Below the pieces are notes generated by a model. The model searched no databases. It worked only from the letters and a program-made list of their open reading frames with translations, and had not been told where the DNA came from. A DNA stretch of 64,000 bases from an uncultured Candidatus Saccharibacteria bacterium (GTDB lineage Bacteria > Patescibacteriota > Saccharimonadia > Saccharimonadales > Saccharimonadaceae). A program made the position numbers and the translations under genes. Below, piece after piece: positions 9,075 through 18,746 of the stretch. Location: contig CAUTJX010000002.1 in assembly GCA_963539155.1 (NCBI GenBank), positions 17,238 to 81,237 of the forward strand, given 5' to 3'. Within the stretch, counting starts at the first letter, position 1. Every line of letters begins with the position of its first letter.

Positions 9075-10095
9075 ACTTCACTATTGTTAGCTGGTAAAAT
9101 ACATAGCCTAGCAGCAACGCCGTCAGCAGTACAATCACCCGGTAAAGTACAATCGCTGCAATCGACTGGCCGCTACCTATACCTGATAAAGCCAAAACAC
9201 TAACCATGATTGCCTCGTAGGCGCCCGTTCCGCCCGGCGTTACCACAATGAATCCAGCAATTGTCGCTATGCCATAAGCAATCAAAATCGACGCTGGATT
9301 GACGCTCATTCCCAACGCTTGAAAAGTAATCCAGATTGGCGCAATTTCGGTAGCGGTAAATAACATCGCCCACAAAAACGGCTTCAGCAACACGCGCTTA
9401 TCGCGCTTTAGCTCGTTAAAATCGTCGTGCATATCATAAAAAAATTTCTCTATCGACTCCTGCTTCAACACCACCTGCGGCCGCCGCGCAAAAAATGACG
9501 CCGTACCGTTAGTTATCGTCGTAATCCTCTTGGCTAATTTTTTCATCCGGTGGACGCTATTCAAAAAGTACGCGCCCAGCAGCGTCGCCATCACCAGCAA
9601 AAATACCAGCGTTGAGCTCATTAAAATTATCCAGCGGTTAACACGGCCGTCAATCGTCACCATCAAAACAGAAATCACCAAAAAGACCACAATCGCCATA
9701 AACCCCACCACATAACGCACAAATTGCGCCATCGTCGCCCGTCCGATTGGCACACCGTACTTGCCTAAACGCCAGTTAGCATACGAAATACCACTGACAC
9801 CGCCGCTAGGAAAAGCATGATTAACAAAATTTAGCTCTAGCGATATGCGTGCCAGAGTTGCCGGATTAATATTCTTCACGAAGCCTTTCTGACGCAAATA
9901 CGAAAAAATCATCTCGCCAGTCGCCAAATATCCGGCCGCAATAATTGGCAACATCCACACAAGCTTGCCAAGGTCAATTTTACCTAGCAAACCCCAAGCA
10001 TATACCAGTTCGCTTCTAGCTAGAAAAAGTATCAAAGCAATCAACAGCAACGTGGCAATACTCAACCACAGTCGAAAAGACAGTCTCCTTTTCAT
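9040..10095 (-). CDS. Lysylphosphatidylglycerol-synthase TM / UPF0104 flippase-like membrane protein
   Basis: Multiple TMs, FVN..FPSGG, TPGG.G.YE, LYR motifs. Start set at ATG 10095. Confidence 0.8.
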   Translation of the reverse strand: MKRRLSFRLWLSIATLLLIALILFLARSELVYAWGLLGKIDLGKLVWMLPIIAAGYLATGEMIFSYLRQKGFVKNINPATLARISLELNFVNHAFPSGGVSGISYANWRLGKYGVPIGRATMAQFVRYVVGFMAIVVFLVISVLMVTIDGRVNRWIILMSSTLVFLLVMATLLGAYFLNSVHRMKKLAKRITTITNGTASFFARRPQVVLKQESIEKFFYDMHDDFNELKRDKRVLLKPFLWAMLFTATEIAPIWITFQALGMSVNPASILIAYGIATIAGFIVVTPGGTGAYEAIMVSVLALSGIGSGQSIAAIVLYRVIVLLTALLLGYVFYQLTIVKYGRKSDPKVRR

Positions 10096-10101
10096 ACAAT
10101 C

Positions 10102-10111
10102 TAGTATACTA
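10102..10111. promoter_or_regulatory. Palindromic bidirectional -10 element
   Basis: TAGTATACTA reads TATACT on both strands, 6 nt before ATG 10117 (+) and 7 nt before ATG 10095 (-). Confidence 0.65.
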
Positions 10112-10116
10112 TATTT

Positions 10117-11301
10117 ATGCATATCACAATACTTGGCCGCCAGCCAGCACTTGGAATAGCCGAGCTAGAACAGCTCTACGGTGCTGACAATGTCCGATGG
10201 TTTTCGCAGCAGACAGCGCTTGTAGATTCGCCTGATTTTGACTTCGAGACCCTCGGCGGCAGCCAAAAAGCCGGCCGGGTCGTTCTCGAGCTCGACCGCG
10301 GCAATTGGCTAACCGCCAGCCGCCAAATCATTCAGCACTACACCGCCAAATGGCGCGCCAGCGAGCATAAAATAACTCTTGGCATCAGCGCTTACGGCTT
10401 CAAAATCTCGCCTCGCGATGTCCAAAAAACTGGCTTGCTCATCAAGAAAAAATTACGCGACAGCGGCACTAGCTTACGCCTTATCCCGAACCCAGAAATC
10501 GCCCTTAACACCGCTACTAGCCATCACAACAAGCTTGGGCTATCGCCGACGAAAGTTGAACTGCTAGTCGTCCGAGCACCAAATAACCGTCTCATTATCG
10601 CTGAAAGCGTCGGCGCCCAGAACATCACCGCGCTGGCTGCCCGCGACCAAGCTCGCCCGCGCACCGATGCTTTCGTCGGTATGCTACCGCCGAAATTAGC
10701 GCGTATGATGATAAATCTATCTGGCGAGACGAAACCCGGCCGCCTCTGGGATCCTTTTTGCGGTACTGGCACCGTTCTCCAAGAAGCGCGGCTCAAAGGG
10801 ATAGACGTCTACGGTAGCGACCTAAGCCAAAAAATGGTTGATTATGCCACAGAAAACATGCAGTGGCTCGATAATAAATACCAGATCGACCCCCAGTGGC
10901 AGATCTTCCAAGCTGACGCCACCGATGTCAAGCTCAATACTGCCCAAAAATCCGAAATCACCCGCATCGTCTGCGAGGCCTACCTCGGCCAACCCTTCTC
11001 GGCCCCGCCAAAGCCTGCCAAGCTCACCGCAGTCCGCGGTAATTGCAATCATATCATCAGCCAATTTTTAGCAAACATCCGCCCGCAAATCAATCCGAGT
11101 ACAACGCTAGTCGTCGGCATGCCCGCCTGGCGCGACCATAGCGGTAAATTTACGCATTTACCGCTTATTAATCAGTTAGCAGATTTAGGCTACCAACGCC
11201 TACATCTAAACTTAGTCAGCGACGACCAGCTGCTCTACTACCGCGAAAACCAGGTGGTAGCACGAGAGATTTTACTGCTTAAACCTCTCGATGAAAATTA
11301 A
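10117..11301 (+). CDS. Trm11/TrmG10-like RNA methyltransferase (THUMP-like N-terminus + SAM domain)
   Basis: MLPPKLARMMINL, WDPFCGTGT, GSD, DAT motifs. Confidence 0.75.
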   Translation: MHITILGRQPALGIAELEQLYGADNVRWFSQQTALVDSPDFDFETLGGSQKAGRVVLELDRGNWLTASRQIIQHYTAKWRASEHKITLGISAYGFKISPRDVQKTGLLIKKKLRDSGTSLRLIPNPEIALNTATSHHNKLGLSPTKVELLVVRAPNNRLIIAESVGAQNITALAARDQARPRTDAFVGMLPPKLARMMINLSGETKPGRLWDPFCGTGTVLQEARLKGIDVYGSDLSQKMVDYATENMQWLDNKYQIDPQWQIFQADATDVKLNTAQKSEITRIVCEAYLGQPFSAPPKPAKLTAVRGNCNHIISQFLANIRPQINPSTTLVVGMPAWRDHSGKFTHLPLINQLADLGYQRLHLNLVSDDQLLYYRENQVVAREILLLKPLDEN

Positions 11302-11354
11302 AAGCATCTCGCCCGCCAAGCTCGCGCCTGCTACAGTAATTACTTTCGTAAAGC

Positions 11355-11383
11355 TTGACATTTCCGATAGCTTCGCGTACAAT
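11355..11383 (+). promoter_or_regulatory. sigma70-type promoter of rpmA
   Basis: TTGACA-17 nt-TACAAT, followed by SD AAGGAG before ATG 11420. Confidence 0.75.
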
Positions 11384-11419
11384 AGCATAGATTGTCTTAT
11401 ATTAAATTAAAGGAGTTTT

Positions 11420-11692
11420 ATGTCACACGTTAAAGCTGGCGGTTCGAGCGATAATACCCACAAAAGTGCTGGTAGGCGCAATGGCGTCAAGCGTTTCGGC
11501 GGGCAAAAAGTCAACCAGGGCGAGGTGCTGGTTCGCCAGACTGGCAGTACCAAAGTTGCTGGCCCGGGTACTTATATTAGCCGCAACTACACAATTCACG
11601 CAGCCAAGAGCGGCACCGTAGTTTTCAAACATATCAAGAAGCCATCGTTCACTGGCAACACGCACAAACGTACGCAAGTCTGCGTCGAATAA
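11420..11692 (+). CDS. rpmA: 50S ribosomal protein L27
   Basis: MSHVKAGGSS..., GVKRFGGQ.V..GEVLVRQTG, YTIHA...G.V.F. Confidence 0.95.
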   Translation: MSHVKAGGSSDNTHKSAGRRNGVKRFGGQKVNQGEVLVRQTGSTKVAGPGTYISRNYTIHAAKSGTVVFKHIKKPSFTGNTHKRTQVCVE

Positions 11693-11703
11693 CCGCCTAA
11701 GCA

Positions 11704-12795
11704 CTAATCACCAGCCATATACCGGCTCGCTCTCTTCCCGCGAGAATAAGCGTCGTCGGTTTCTGCTTGATTCTGCCGCGATACGGCTGCATTCATAAAG
11801 TTCCGCAACTCTGCGACACTGTCTTTCAGTGCTATTGTATGTCGCAAATAGTCATCGTTACTGACATCATTCCAACGCTGTTCAGCGACAACATTATTTT
11901 CAGCGACAACATTATTTTCAGCGATAACATTATTTAATGCAGTGAGTCTGTGTCTAATTTCGTCTACTGCGTTATTAAGTCGAGACGCTTCTACTAGTGG
12001 CAAACCGTCTATAGCTCCCTCGACAGCCCCAACAAAGCCGCTTAACATGCCTGGGACGTTCGATACCAGCCATTGCATATCGCCAGAAGATAGCGACACG
12101 TAATCCCTGCTGCGCGCCCGTATAGTATTAATCGCATTTTCTACTGTGTCTACCATAGCTTGCAAGCGATGGTTCGTGCTGTCCGCTAATGATTTTAGGG
12201 CTTCAGAGGATTCCTTATCGCTTCGCTCTTCATCTTCATCTTCATCTTTATTCTTATCAGGACTATCGTTTTGCTCATTTTGCTCGTCTGGCTCTTTAGT
12301 CTCATCAGAATCGCCGTCTGCGCGTTCAACCGACTCGTCTGCAGGTTCGCTGGAATCTGAATGTTCAGAATTAGATTCTGGCTCGCCAAGAGAATCGGCC
12401 GGCGGTTTAACAGTAGGATTTTCGAGCATATCAACCGCCCGAAACGCCGTACGGCCAATACCGAGAGCGAGTCTAGTTTCGGCGGCTTGGGTTTCTAAAG
12501 ATGGTATTGGAGCTTCCAGCTTTGCGTCTTCTCTAGCTTTCAAAGCTCGGCGCAAAGCCGCCAATGGGTCTTCTGGCTGATCGCTAGCCGCTGGAGCTTC
12601 TGGCCTTGAATGCTGATCAGCAGTTTTCTGCTGACCGCTGCTCTCCGAATACTCCGGCTCCGCATACTGATCAGCAGCTTCGGCCGGACTTTCTGGTTGG
12701 CTAGCCGCCAAACCTTCCGGTTCTGAATATCGATCAGCAGTTTTCTGCAAATCTTCTAAATTTGCGTCATGTATGTTTAGCTCATTATTTGCCAT
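11704..12795 (-). CDS. Hypothetical acidic, low-complexity protein with helical C-terminal domain
   Basis: 363-aa ORF with its own TTGACA-17-TATAAT promoter (12830-12858) and internal repeats. Confidence 0.75.
   Translation of the reverse strand: MANNELNIHDANLEDLQKTADRYSEPEGLAASQPESPAEAADQYAEPEYSESSGQQKTADQHSRPEAPAASDQPEDPLAALRRALKAREDAKLEAPIPSLETQAAETRLALGIGRTAFRAVDMLENPTVKPPADSLGEPESNSEHSDSSEPADESVERADGDSDETKEPDEQNEQNDSPDKNKDEDEDEERSDKESSEALKSLADSTNHRLQAMVDTVENAINTIRARSRDYVSLSSGDMQWLVSNVPGMLSGFVGAVEGAIDGLPLVEASRLNNAVDEIRHRLTALNNVIAENNVVAENNVVAEQRWNDVSNDDYLRHTIALKDSVAELRNFMNAAVSRQNQAETDDAYSRGKRASRYMAGD
11881..11934. repeat. 18-bp tandem repeat x3 (encodes NNV[I/V]AE)
   Basis: TTCAGCGACAACATTATT twice plus TTCAGCGATAACATTATT. 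Confidence 0.95.
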
Positions 12796-12957
12796 GTGTA
12801 TTTTTCTGTTTTAATCTTTATATGTTTTTATTATAGCAAAAAATACACGATTTGTCAATAAGCTAACGCTAATCCACTCCTTTGCAGATCACAAACTAGA
12901 CAGAGATCCTGAGAGGCTCTGCATAACGCGGTCTCCGCCCAAAAATAGCAGCTATTT

Positions 12958-13344
12958 CTAAGCCGCCATACCCAAATGATACCGCACCCGCTCGACGACA
13001 TCGCCGATAACTACTTGCGATTTTACTAAATAATCGTCAACACCGAGCTGCTCGGCGCGTTCTTTGTCTTTGGGCTGACTAAGCGCTGTTAGCATAATCA
13101 CCCGGATATTAGTAGTCTCCGGCGTATTGCGCAAGATATCAAGCACGTCAAAACCGCTAATTTTCGGCATCATGACGTCCAACAAAATCAAGTCAGGATG
13201 TTCAGACACTGCCAACGACAGCGCATCCTCGCCATTATTCGCTTCACAGACGTCAAAACCCTCTAGCTCAAGACGCGACCGATATACCGATGCTAGCGCA
13301 GTGTCATCTTCTACTAGCAAAATCTTGCGTTTGCGTGTATCCAT
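12958..13344 (-). CDS. Single-domain response regulator
   Basis: ILLVEDD, LLDVMMPKISG, LTA, YLVK. Confidence 0.92.
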   Translation of the reverse strand: MDTRKRKILLVEDDTALASVYRSRLELEGFDVCEANNGEDALSLAVSEHPDLILLDVMMPKISGFDVLDILRNTPETTNIRVIMLTALSQPKDKERAEQLGVDDYLVKSQVVIGDVVERVRYHLGMAA

Positions 13345-13383
13345 AGTTTATATAGTATACCAGCCTGGCAATAAGCACAAGGG

Positions 13384-14601
13384 CTATGACGCTAATTCTT
13401 TAGCGCGCGCCATTTGCGGGTCGCGCCCAGCGTTATTATCATCCGAGCTCATCTTGACCGTCTGGTTCGGCTGAATGCCTTCTTTGGTGATGTTTCTGTC
13501 TTGCGGCGTGTACCAGCGGGCCACTGTCACCTTGAGGATACGATCGTCGGATAGGTTGATCACCTTTTGTACCGTTCCCTTGCCGAAGGTTTTTTCACCA
13601 ACCAAAGTGGCTGCCTGATAATCTTTCAGCGCGCCAGCCACAATCTCGCTAGCACTGGCTGAGCTACCGTTGACGAGAACGACAGTTTTCTTGCCTTTGA
13701 GCGTCGGATTGCCTGATGTTTTGACAGTTTCAGTCACCTGGCCGCGGCTTTTCTCGGTAACGACTGTCTTGCCGCTATCTAGCCATAGACTCGCTACTTC
13801 TTGCGCTGCCGTCAAATAGCCGCCGCCGTTGTTACGCAAATCAATAATCACACCTTTAACACCTTTGTCAATGAATTCTTTAGCGGCTTTGCGGACTAGC
13901 GAACCGGTATTATCGTCAAATCGCGAGATCGTCAAGACACCAATATCATCGCTAACCGACCAACGAACGCTAGGATCGCTAATCTGGGCCCGGGTAATCG
14001 AGAAGTCTAGCGATTCGCTGCCGCGGCGCATAGTTAGCTTGACGGTCGTGCCCGCTTCGCCAGTAACCTTATCAGCCACGCCGCTAGCCGTCTCGCCCGC
14101 TACTGACGTACCGTTCACAGCCACAAAGATATCGCCTGTTTTAAGGCCGGCTTTCTTGGCTGGAGAGTCATCGAGAACTCGCAGTACTGTCGGCTGCAAA
14201 TTACGCACGCCAATTTCGGCACCAATGCCAGAAACTTCGCCGTTTAGACTTTTGTTAAATTCTGCCGCTTCTTCCTTATCTAGAAATGTCGTGTAGTCGT
14301 CGCCGACCGCTTTGACCATGCCGCGAGCCGCCCCGTCAGACAGCTTATTAGCATCCAAATCACCGTCATAATTCGCCGCTAGTTGACGATAAGCTTCTTT
14401 CATCACCTCGGTATCAAGCGGCTGCTTAGCCACCTTGATGCCAAAAATCGGCGCTGCTATCTGATAGATTTCTTCGCTGCGCGTACCAGCCGCAAACGAT
14501 ACGATTATCGCCAAGACCAACGACGCCAAGAAAACACCCTGTGAAACCTTCCGCTGCCGAGGCTTCCGCCCCTTATTTTCAACTCCCTGTTCGTTTGCCA
14601 T
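13384..14601 (-). CDS. ctpA: Carboxyl-terminal processing protease (S41A, PDZ)
   Basis: GIGAEI PDZ, DLRNNGGG, SASASEI, GEKTFGKG.VQ, GIQP. Confidence 0.92.
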   Translation of the reverse strand: MANEQGVENKGRKPRQRKVSQGVFLASLVLAIIVSFAAGTRSEEIYQIAAPIFGIKVAKQPLDTEVMKEAYRQLAANYDGDLDANKLSDGAARGMVKAVGDDYTTFLDKEEAAEFNKSLNGEVSGIGAEIGVRNLQPTVLRVLDDSPAKKAGLKTGDIFVAVNGTSVAGETASGVADKVTGEAGTTVKLTMRRGSESLDFSITRAQISDPSVRWSVSDDIGVLTISRFDDNTGSLVRKAAKEFIDKGVKGVIIDLRNNGGGYLTAAQEVASLWLDSGKTVVTEKSRGQVTETVKTSGNPTLKGKKTVVLVNGSSASASEIVAGALKDYQAATLVGEKTFGKGTVQKVINLSDDRILKVTVARWYTPQDRNITKEGIQPNQTVKMSSDDNNAGRDPQMARAKELAS

Positions 14602-14665
14602 AATCATAATTATAGCGCACTCTGGCTGAGTACGCTATAATTTACTGATTATTATATTGATCTCG

Positions 14666-15823
14666 CTAGAAATATATATAAGTTAGCCCAGCACTTGAAC
14701 GCGTGTAGTAGTGATAGCGGCCCCAGCCTAAACCGTCGATATTATTGTTGTAGTCGCTAACAGTAATCGTACCATCGCCATTAACTGCTTCGACATACAT
14801 AGCGTGGCCGTAAGCGCCAACATACTGAATAGCTACCGAGCCGGCTTTTGGTGTTGGACCGTTGGCAATACCATAGCGAGATGTTGTACTAGGCCACTGA
14901 TTAGCGTTACCTGCCCCGCCAAAATGCGGTACGTAACGGCCAGTACTAGCTACTTTCCAGGCGGTGTAGCTAACGCATTCGCGGTTATAGAGACCCCAGT
15001 TATCAACGATCGTATCTTGCTCGGCATTAGCCCAAACCGACGGATATCCGCCGCCGCTAGCCGAGCCAGTACCAATATTAGTAGAGCCTGAAGCACGAGC
15101 AGCTGCAGCCATAGCGGCAGCCTGTTGAGCGCGGACACTGCTGATTTCGCTGTTACGCTTGGCGACCAGGTTATTGTAAGCTGATTCCTCACCGCGCGTG
15201 TCCGAAACTAATTTAGCCTGTTCAGCCTCTTTGGCAGCTAGCGCGGCTTTTTGCGACTTCTGATCGCGCAGTACGTTCTCAACTTGCTTTTTCTGCTTTT
15301 CGAGCTGCGCTTTGAGCGATTTAATCTGTTTGATCTTGGTGCTCAGATTGTCCTGCATTGACGAGCGGTATTCCTGCTTGTCAACGTAATCGCCAATATT
15401 TTTGCTGCTAGCCAGCATCTCGAGCGGCGAGATTGAGCTATCAACGTACATATCGGCAACAATTTCGCCAAGAGCTTCTTTGTTAATCTCGATTTTCTTT
15501 TCGGTAGCAGCGATATCTTTCTCAAGCTTATCGCGCTTAGCTTGGCTAGTATTAATTTGCGCTTGGATTTCATTTTTTTGCTTGGTTAATACATCAAGCT
15601 GCGCTTGCAGCGTTGACGCCAGCGCGCCAAGCGTCGCCGCCTGCTGCTGATATGAATCAGCTTCTGATTGAAGTTTTTTGACCTGTTCGTCGTACTGGTC
15701 GGCCAACACGTTTTGCGCGAAGGCAACCGGTATACTTGCGCTCATCAAAACAGCTGCTGCGACGATTGACGACTTCGCAACGTGCCGCCTTGACGAAACT
15801 GGTGTGGTGGACCTATGTTTCAT
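14666..15823 (-). CDS. PcsB/CwlO-like coiled-coil CHAP peptidoglycan hydrolase
   Basis: Signal peptide, long coiled coil, CHAP motifs RECVSY, GNANQW, YGHAMYVE; adjacent to ftsEX. Start at ATG 15823 after TTGACA-17-TACGCT. Confidence 0.88.
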   Translation of the reverse strand: MKHRSTTPVSSRRHVAKSSIVAAAVLMSASIPVAFAQNVLADQYDEQVKKLQSEADSYQQQAATLGALASTLQAQLDVLTKQKNEIQAQINTSQAKRDKLEKDIAATEKKIEINKEALGEIVADMYVDSSISPLEMLASSKNIGDYVDKQEYRSSMQDNLSTKIKQIKSLKAQLEKQKKQVENVLRDQKSQKAALAAKEAEQAKLVSDTRGEESAYNNLVAKRNSEISSVRAQQAAAMAAAARASGSTNIGTGSASGGGYPSVWANAEQDTIVDNWGLYNRECVSYTAWKVASTGRYVPHFGGAGNANQWPSTTSRYGIANGPTPKAGSVAIQYVGAYGHAMYVEAVNGDGTITVSDYNNNIDGLGWGRYHYYTRSSAGLTYIYF

Positions 15824-15829
15824 ACCTCT

Positions 15830-15858
15830 AGCGTAACAAAGCATTACCGCTTTGTCAA
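15830..15858 (-). promoter_or_regulatory. sigma70 promoter, leaderless-type
   Basis: TTGACA-17 nt-TACGCT, 6 nt before ATG 15823. Confidence 0.65.
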
Positions 15859-15898
15859 TAAAGCTACGTCGAATAAGCACCCCCTTTCGTAAATTACT

Positions 15899-16933
15899 CT
15901 ACAATTTGAGATAACGGCGAGTAGCCAGTGTCGAGGAAATAATCCCAATCAACGAGCCTAACAACATCATACTTAGCAAGACCAACAGCAAATTATTTAT
16001 CAAAAAGTGCGACGTAGCTACAGCAGCAATTCCATAAGCCTGTAATTTGCCAGAAATCGTCGCGAAAACCCCTACCCCTATAGCGGTCGCTACAACCGCA
16101 GCAATACAACCATACACCATTGCCTCTACCAAAAACGGGCCGCGGATAAAGCTTTTGTCAGCACCGATGAGTTTCATCATCTCGATCTCGCTTTTACGGT
16201 TGAATATTGCCATTCTAATGGTATTAAAAACAATCAACGAAGATATTACGACAAAGAGGACGCTCGCTGCCAAACCAGCCCGCTGCGCAAAATCTGTCCA
16301 GCGGCCGATATTTTCGATAGCATCGCGCCGGTCGCCAGCAAACGACGGTTCGCGCTTATCATCGATAATTTTTTTGAGCGACTTATTAGTTTTGACAAAA
16401 TCGCTAAGACTGTCGGTGTCATTGATATTCTCTAGATTAACGCGAATCACTGCTGGCATTTTATTGGCAGCTTGATTGAGGGCATCTAGTATATCTTGGT
16501 CGGCTTTGTTGTCTTCGGCGCTTTGTTGGCGCGCTTTTTCCGAGGAAACGAATTCAACGCGCTCGACATTATGCAGTTTGCGCAAATCGGCAATAATCGG
16601 TTTAGCCTGCTCTTCGGTAGTACCCGTTTTGAGATAAATTGACATATCGACTTTTTTACTCAGCTCCGTTACCGAGTCTGCCAAAATATTGCGCGCCACC
16701 ACCGTAGTAAAGATAATCAGCAACGTAATCGTCATCACCGCGGTAGCCGCAATGGTTAGCCAAGCATTACGAGTGAAATTATTGACGCCGTAGCGGCACA
16801 TTCGCACGAAAGTCAGCCATTTGCGCTGGCGGCTGCGCCTTTGTCTGGTCAAGGCGCGCGCACCGGTATTTTTTTTGTCCTCGCGGCGGCTTTTCTTTTT
16901 GGCAGCCGCTGTCTTGACTTTGTCTCGTCTCAT
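15899..16933 (-). CDS. ftsX: Cell division permease-like protein FtsX
   Basis: RN.WLT, FVS.E.A, NTIRMAIFNRKSEIEMMKLIGA...FIRGPF..E; overlaps ftsE. Confidence 0.93.
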   Translation of the reverse strand: MRRDKVKTAAAKKKSRREDKKNTGARALTRQRRSRQRKWLTFVRMCRYGVNNFTRNAWLTIAATAVMTITLLIIFTTVVARNILADSVTELSKKVDMSIYLKTGTTEEQAKPIIADLRKLHNVERVEFVSSEKARQQSAEDNKADQDILDALNQAANKMPAVIRVNLENINDTDSLSDFVKTNKSLKKIIDDKREPSFAGDRRDAIENIGRWTDFAQRAGLAASVLFVVISSLIVFNTIRMAIFNRKSEIEMMKLIGADKSFIRGPFLVEAMVYGCIAAVVATAIGVGVFATISGKLQAYGIAAVATSHFLINNLLLVLLSMMLLGSLIGIISSTLATRRYLKL

Positions 16934-17616
16934 TGCCGATAACTCCCCTGCGCTTGGTCGCTAGTAATCTTGCCGTGGTCAACAGTGATAACGCGGCGCT
17001 TCAACCTATTGACAATCTCGACATTATGTGTTGTAAGTATAACAGTCGTGCCATACCGGTTAATCTTCTCGAGTAGGCGGACAATATCCCAACTGTGCTT
17101 CGGATCGAGATTACCCGTTGGCTCGTCAGCGATTAGAATCTTTGGCTGGCGCACTACTGCCCGGGCAATCGCCACGCGCTGGCGCTCGCCACCTGATAAT
17201 TGGTGCGGGAACTGCTTTTCCTTGCCCTTTAGACCCACCAAGTCAATCACTTTTGGTACAGTATTTTTAATTTCGCGGTTAGTCATGCCAGCAATTTCTA
17301 GCGCAAAGGCCACATTTTCGAACACCGTTCGGTTCGGTAGTAACTTAAAATCCTGAAAAACTACGCCAATTTTGCGACGCAGCAACGGGATATGCTTGTC
17401 CTTGAGCTGGTCGTAATCAATACCGCCAACGACAATCTTGCCGCTAGTCGGCTTTTCTTCGCGCGTCAATAATTTGAGCAAGGTCGATTTGCCAGCTCCA
17501 CTCGTCCCAACGATAATTACAAACTCATTCGGCTCAACATGCAGATTAACACGGTCAAGCGCTGGCTTACTGCCCTTACCATACACCTTGGTCACTCTAT
17601 CTAACAGAATCATCAC
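16930..17616 (-). CDS. ftsE: Cell division ATP-binding protein FtsE
   Basis: [41 protein letters not shown]. Confidence 0.95.
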   Translation of the reverse strand: MMILLDRVTKVYGKGSKPALDRVNLHVEPNEFVIIVGTSGAGKSTLLKLLTREEKPTSGKIVVGGIDYDQLKDKHIPLLRRKIGVVFQDFKLLPNRTVFENVAFALEIAGMTNREIKNTVPKVIDLVGLKGKEKQFPHQLSGGERQRVAIARAVVRQPKILIADEPTGNLDPKHSWDIVRLLEKINRYGTTVILTTHNVEIVNRLKRRVITVDHGKITSDQAQGSYRQ

Positions 17617-17655
17617 TACCTATTGTAGCATAAGCTAGTTTATAGCGATAGCTAG

Positions 17656-18741
17656 CTACTCGGTCGCCGCTTGCTGCTCGAGATATGCTTCGATAAAACC
17701 GTCAATGTCGCCATCTAGCACGCCGCGGGCGTTATGCGTCTCGAACTTAGTACGCGTATCCTTGACTAATGCGTAAGGGTGAAGCACGTAATTACGGATC
17801 TGCGCACCCCAACTAGCCGACTCGCCTGCCCGCAGATCAGCTAGCGTTTCGGCGCGTTGTTCTAGCTGCATTTGCGCTAAGCGGCTTTTGAGGATTTTTA
17901 GCGCGGTTTCTTTGTTTTGGAGCTGGCTGCGCTCGTTTTGGATCGCCACCACCGTGCCTGTCGGCAAGTGAGTGATGCGCACTGCGGAATCAGTTGTATT
18001 GACTCCTTGCCCGCCGTTGCCGCCGCTACGATAAATATCAATTCGCAAATCTTTGTCGTCGATCTCGACCTCGCCTGGCGCGTCCATTTCCGGCATGATT
18101 TCGACCAGTGCAAAGCTAGTCTGCCGCAAATTATCAGCGTTAAACGGACTGAGCCGCACCAGCCGGTGCACCCCGTGCTCGCTGCGCAATTTGCCGTAAG
18201 CGAAAGCACCGCGGATAATGTATGTCGCATTCTTGATACCGGCCTCTTCGCCTGTCGAACGCTCGACTAGCTCGGTCTGCATATCATGCTTTTCAGCCCA
18301 GCGCAGATACATTCGCTCTAGCATTTCTGCCCAATCCTGCGCATCCGTACCGCCAGCGCCAGCGCTCAACTTGAGAATCGCCGCTCGATTATCGTATTCG
18401 CCTGAGAATAGCAAATCTTTGCGACGCTCCTGGTATTCTGCTTCGAGAGCTGCTAGCTGCTCGGTGAATTCTGTCAGCATCGAATCGTCACCTAGATCCA
18501 TCAGTTCGATTATATCCGAGACTTGTGAACGCAAAATCTGCCACGGCTCAATTTGCGAACGCAAGCTCGCTGCCTGCCGCGTCAGCATCTGCGCCCGCTC
18601 AACATTCGCCCAGACATTCGAATCGGCCAGCTGCTCATCAAGCACTGCCAGCTCTTCAGCGCGAGCGTCAATATGCAAAGCTTGGCAAGCGCTAGCCACG
18701 CGAGTACGGAGATCTTCAGCTTGTTTTCGTAACGGCTGCAT
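17656..18741 (-). CDS. prfB: Peptide chain release factor 2 (single continuous frame)
   Basis: GAGGTDAQDW, RLSPF anticodon mimic, GGQ, WGAQIRNYVLHPY. Confidence 0.97.
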   Translation of the reverse strand: MQPLRKQAEDLRTRVASACQALHIDARAEELAVLDEQLADSNVWANVERAQMLTRQAASLRSQIEPWQILRSQVSDIIELMDLGDDSMLTEFTEQLAALEAEYQERRKDLLFSGEYDNRAAILKLSAGAGGTDAQDWAEMLERMYLRWAEKHDMQTELVERSTGEEAGIKNATYIIRGAFAYGKLRSEHGVHRLVRLSPFNADNLRQTSFALVEIMPEMDAPGEVEIDDKDLRIDIYRSGGNGGQGVNTTDSAVRITHLPTGTVVAIQNERSQLQNKETALKILKSRLAQMQLEQRAETLADLRAGESASWGAQIRNYVLHPYALVKDTRTKFETHNARGVLDGDIDGFIEAYLEQQAATE

Positions 18742-18746
18742 AGAAC

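Noticed and set aside
12860..12957. Possible small RNA in the intergenic region
   Set aside because: Only short weak complementarities (TGCAGA/TCTGCA); no recognisable family, promoter or terminator.
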